A stretch of 63,888 nucleotides of DNA, filler included, from Olpidium bornovanus S191 (taxonomy: Eukaryota; Fungi; Olpidiomycota): the NCBI GenBank assembly GCA_017911155.1. It is 28 parts of 28 records of this genome, joined end to end, with 100 filler letters (N's around TTAATTAATTAA, not from the genome) between each part and the next. Parts side by side here need not be neighbours in the genome. Positions count along the whole stretch, not along the records: positions 59,992 to 61,527 come from JAEFCI010003980.1; positions 61,628 to 62,772 come from JAEFCI010010926.1; positions 62,873 to 63,888 come from JAEFCI010012282.1; 25 more parts are not named here. The stretch is one strand, 5' to 3'. The stretch's first letter is position 1. Each line of letters begins with the position of its first letter. Below the pieces are notes generated by a model. It ran no database searches. It saw only the letters and a list, made by a program, of their open reading frames with translations, and had not been told where the DNA came from. A program made the translations under genes and the position numbers. Shown here piece by piece: positions 59,992 through 63,888 of the stretch.

Positions 59992-61527
59992 ACGATTGGA
60001 CAAGGAAGCGACAATTGTTCAACCCCGCGTTCAGCGTAGGTTTTTACTTTTACTTTTTAAAAAAAAGGGGGCAACATCGGTTTGCAATTCTGCGAATGCG
60101 AAAATTTGCATGGTCGCGACGTGGGTCAAAATGTTTTGGCGGAACGCCGTGTGCTCTCGAAACAGGTGCCGTACCTGAAACAGGTCGCCCCGCCGGCTAT
60201 CACCGCCATTTGTGCCGAGCTGGTCCGGAAGATCGAGGCGAAAGGCCAAGCTCCGGTCGACATCCACCGCCTGCTTTGCATGGGTTCATTAGCCCTGATC
60301 GGGCTTGTCGGGTGCGCACGCGCCCCCCCCCCGCAAATGGCGTTCTCGTGAAAATTTTGTTTATTGACTGCCGACAGCTTCCCCCCCCCCCTTTTTGCAG
60401 TTTTGGCTACGGTGAGCAGATGCGGGGTTTTCGTGCCTTGACCGAGCGCGTCGCGCCAACCCCCGCTGCGGCCGACAAATAAACGATTTCTTTTTTGCAA
60501 ACTCTCGGCCAGATTTCGGCTGCACCAAGGGGAAGGTGAAGGCCGACGTCTTGCACATGATGCACGTCTGCCTTCAGGAGCCGACCACCCGCCTGCTTAA
60601 CCCGCTGGCGCGCTTCTACCGAGTGCGCGAGACCCTCGACTTTCACAAACAGCTACGCTTGTTCACGGACTTCTCCTTGCAGATCATTCGCGCGAACAGG
60701 ACCGGGCGAGACGGGTGCGCAACGGAAAAACAGCGCAACAACATCATGGGCCTGGCCCTGGGATCGGGCGGCGGCAAAGGGGGGTGCGCCTTCAGCGATC
60801 AGCAGCTGGTGGACGAGGTGTCGACATTCCTGTTCGCCGGTGCGTCATCGGGTTTCATTTCTTTATTTTTTTCTTTCCTTTATTTTTTTTTTTTTTTTTT
60901 TTTCGCAACCCGAAGATTTCGGGTCCGCAGAATGTCTACAAGCACCCGCACTAACTAAAAAAAATTACACTATTGGAAACATTTTTACAACGGATAACGT
61001 CCTGTCTGCAGGGCACGAAACCACCTCGGCCACCATGTGCTTCGCAATCATGCTGCTCGGTGTCCACACTGACTGGCAGAATAAGGCGCGCCAAGAGGTC
61101 GACAGAGTGCTCGGCGACCGGATGTCTCCCACGCACGAAGATCAGCTCCAGCTGAAAACTTTGACAATGATTCTCAAAGAGAGTGAGTTAAGGTCCCCGT
61201 GCCTCGGGGCGGGGATTGCGCGCAGCGGATGCGTAGAAGAGAAAATAATTCTCTTACTCTGAATTTGGTTTCCCTTTACCCCCACTCTCGTCCAGCGCTT
61301 CGCCTTTTTCCGGCTGCGCCCGGCACGGTGCGCATCACGGAAAAGGCCACGCCCGTGATCCACTTTGTGCTTCCCCCGAAAGTCCACATAATGCCGGTGT
61401 TCATGGCCATGCAACGTCACCCCAAGAACTTTGCGAACCCCCTCAAATTCGACCCGACCCGTTGGCAAACCAACAAGACGGCGGAGGAAATCGACGAGAA
61501 CGTCGAGGAAGGGTCCCCGAAGGATAA
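59992..61527 (+). CDS. Cytochrome P450, internal fragment, multi-exon
   Basis: WTRKRQLFNPAFS (C helix), DEVSTFLFA|GHETT (I helix), ARQEVDRVLG, LKE|..LRLFPAAP (ExxR), HPKNFANPLKFDPTRW; the heme-Cys region lies beyond the contig end. Confidence 0.93.
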
Positions 61528-61627
61528 NNNNNNNNNNNNNNNNNNNNNNNNNNNNNNNNNNNNNNNNNNNNTTAATTAATTAANNNNNNNNNNNNNNNNN
61601 NNNNNNNNNNNNNNNNNNNNNNNNNNN

Positions 61628-61722
<95 letters not shown>

Positions 61723-61883
61723 ACCCCCCCCCCCCCCCTCCCCCCCCCCCCCCCCCCCCCTTTCCCGCCCGCGAAACAAAACGCGAAGGCGCGTGATGTT
61801 CTTACCCCTTCCACCCAACGGGCCCGCACTTCCCCTCTGGCGCGCGGGAAAAAAAAAACGTTTGGTCCGCGGAAACATTGCAG

Positions 61884-62334
61884 ACGTCGTGTGCGTCGTT
61901 TCGCCGAAAGGCGACGGATACGAGTGAGTATCGCCGGCGGCGTGGGCAAGGGTGTCCACCCCACCCCTTTCCCCTTCCCTCTCCCCTCGCGCTCAGTGCT
62001 CCGGTTTCCCTTGGTTCCCCGCCCCCAATTTTGTATTACCCATGAGCTTATCGGGCGGCCCCATCACCCGTCCCCACAATCCCCCAAAAAACAAGCATTC
62101 TGGTGTGCCCAAAAGACGGCGTGCCGCCGTTTACCCCCGAATGGCCAGAGCCGTCTCACATCAAGAAGGACGCAACTTCGAGGGACTTCCTCCTGCATAA
62201 ACGTGCGTTTGCCTGTTTTTTATCTTTTTTTTATTTGTGCTTCCGAGCCTACTCCAAAAAGGGTTTGAACTTCCGGGCGGGGGGGGGGGCGGGCGGTGGA
62301 CGGGGAGGGAAGCAAGAAAGGTGGTTTTATTTTT

Positions 62335-62370
<36 letters not shown>

Positions 62371-62508
62371 CCCCCCCCTGGCGCTACAAAAAAAAAAGTG
62401 GTGAACGGCGAACGAGCATCGTATAAAGCGCCCTCCTTCGCCAGCAAGATAAGCCGAACAAGGCGAGTCCTGCTCGCGGACGTCGCCGAGAGATTCACCA
62501 CCGCTTAG
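61884..62508 (+). CDS. Rap/Ran-GAP domain protein, last three exons; join(61884..61923,62096..62202,62399..62508)
   Basis: VVCVVSPKGDGY|DILVCPKDGVPPFTPEWPEP..RDFLLHK|LVNGERASYKAPSFASKISRTRRVLL matches the RapGAP C-terminal motifs; splice phases are consistent. Confidence 0.85.
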
Positions 62509-62725
62509 GAACGCTTGCGGCCGGGAGAGGGGGCGAAAATGCGGGGGGAGGGGAAGGGGGAAAAGACGGGAGGGGAGAGTGAACCTGTAGCGCACGTTGT
62601 TTCTCGCGTGATAAAACTTGTTCAGAAGGTAGAGAAAAATAAAATCCTAGTTTATCCCGCCCACCGCTTTTCCCTCCACCCTCCATCCTCTCCATCCTTC
62701 CCCAATCCACATCCCTCGCCCGCCG

Positions 62726-62772
<47 letters not shown>

Positions 62773-62872
62773 NNNNNNNNNNNNNNNNNNNNNNNNNNNN
62801 NNNNNNNNNNNNNNNNTTAATTAATTAANNNNNNNNNNNNNNNNNNNNNNNNNNNNNNNNNNNNNNNNNNNN

Positions 62873-62903
<31 letters not shown>

Positions 62904-63364
62904 GCTCGAGCCGACCGGGCATCGAGCCACAGCCCCCCTCCCCTCCCCAAGGCTCAGCTCCGTCAAAAGAATTCGCGAGAATTTGACGGGCGTTTGCGCG
63001 CGGCTCTACCGCTCGGCACGAGCCCTCGTCCCCCCGCCTCCCAAAAAACATCTTTGTTTTCGGAGACCAAACAGATGTTAGCCCGACAGGAGAGTTCCCG
63101 CGGGATGTCCCCTTGCGGGGGATGTTCGTCAACAAGCGAAATGCCACAACCCCGGCCTTTACCGCCGCGCTCAAATTTACGGCCGGGGTTCAACTGAGGT
63201 TCAACATCGTCCGGCTGCCCCCCCCCCCCCCCCCCCCCCGCCCCCCCCCCCCCCCCCCCGCCGGCTGAGCCCCACCCCTGGAAGAAATTGATAGCTCTCA
63301 CCGGCCCGGTCGGCTTGGAGCTACGAGCAAGGCCGCCTGTGGTTTCACTCGACGCGGACCGGGC

Positions 63365-63372
63365 TATTTATA
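63365..63372 (+). promoter_or_regulatory. TATA-like element TATTTATA ~90 bp upstream of the secreted-protein ATG
   Basis: Read directly in an otherwise GC-rich context. Confidence 0.5.
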
Positions 63373-63460
63373 TCCCGGCTGGAATGCTTCCCTTCCCCCA
63401 CCGACCCGCCCACCCGCCCGCTCGGCCGCGCCCGCACACCGGAAAAAAATCGCAAAAAAT

Positions 63461-63888
63461 ATGTTCGTGATTTTCCTCCTCCTCCTGGCCGGCGTCTGCC
63501 CTTGGCCTCCCGTTCAAGGCCGCCCGCTGCTCGAAAAACGCGGAAACGTCAACGGGATCCCGGTCGTCAGCCAGGTCAAAAGTCTGGCTCAGTCAATCGC
63601 CGGAGATGCGGAAGGCGCCCTGCGAACCCAGGAAGATTTCGTGCAGCTTTGTCCTGTCATATCGCAAGTCACGTCGGCAGTTCACGCGGCTCACGGCGAC
63701 AACGAAAGAGCAGCACAAGTCCAAGTAAGTGATTGCCCGGAGATTTTCAAGGAAGCTTTTCGTGTGGGGGGGGGGAAAAAACAACAAGAACAACAACAAC
63801 AACAACAACAACAACAAAACAAAGTATTGACAGCAACGTTTTATCAGGTGGCTTTCGGCAACAACGCTCTAAACGCCTTCGGCATGGA
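63461..63888 (+). CDS. Secreted prepro-protein with a 31-aa internal repeat, 3' truncated; join(63461..63724,63848..>63888)
   Basis: MFVIFLLLLAGVCPWPPVQG-RPLLEKR-GNVNGIPVVSQVKSLAQSIAGDAEGALRTQEDFVQLCPVISQVTSAVHAAHGDNERAAQVQ|VAFGNNALNAFGM; GTAAGT..TTGAC..TCAG intron. Not in the ORF track because the frame has no stop in the window. Confidence 0.8.
   Translation, partial: MFVIFLLLLAGVCPWPPVQGRPLLEKRGNVNGIPVVSQVKSLAQSIAGDAEGALRTQEDFVQLCPVISQVTSAVHAAHGDNERAAQVQVSDCPEIFKEAFRVGGGKKQQEQQQQQQQQQNKVLTATFYQVAFGNNALNAFGM

Overview
This is not contiguous DNA. It is 28 short contigs (about 1-6 kb) joined by an identical 100-nt artificial spacer (N44-TTAATTAATTAA-N44), so adjacency across spacers has no biological meaning. 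The DNA is GC-rich, intron-containing eukaryotic genome full of long homopolymer runs. The gene set points to a fungus, probably an early-diverging lineage (inference). Recognisable genes, many truncated by contig ends: coproporphyrinogen oxidase (HEM13), a Pho2-type homeodomain factor, EAF7, TXNL4B/Dim2, FES1, a Sln1-like TM-sensor-HAMP receptor, an unusual adenylate kinase, a PhnP-type metallo-hydrolase, NSA2, EMC2, an SR45a/Tra2-like RRM protein, an MscS channel, a long coiled-coil protein, COX7C, a cytochrome P450 and a RapGAP domain. There are also decayed Ty1/copia and Ty3/gypsy fragments and a Ca2+-ATPase pseudogene. Best leads: (1) a bacterial-type MscS exon on the same contig as a spliced eukaryotic gene; (2) an intronless secreted Gly/His/Arg-rich protein with six recurring beta-strand motifs behind a TATA plus multi-CCAAT promoter; (3) a signal-peptide, Kex2-site, 31-aa-repeat protein missed by the ORF track; (4) an 18-nt microexon apparently created by tandem duplication; (5) TXNL4B as a minor-spliceosome marker; (6) a mitochondrial presequence on HEM13; (7) strong enrichment of CATG at contig ends. 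All family assignments are from motif recognition by eye, with no database search.
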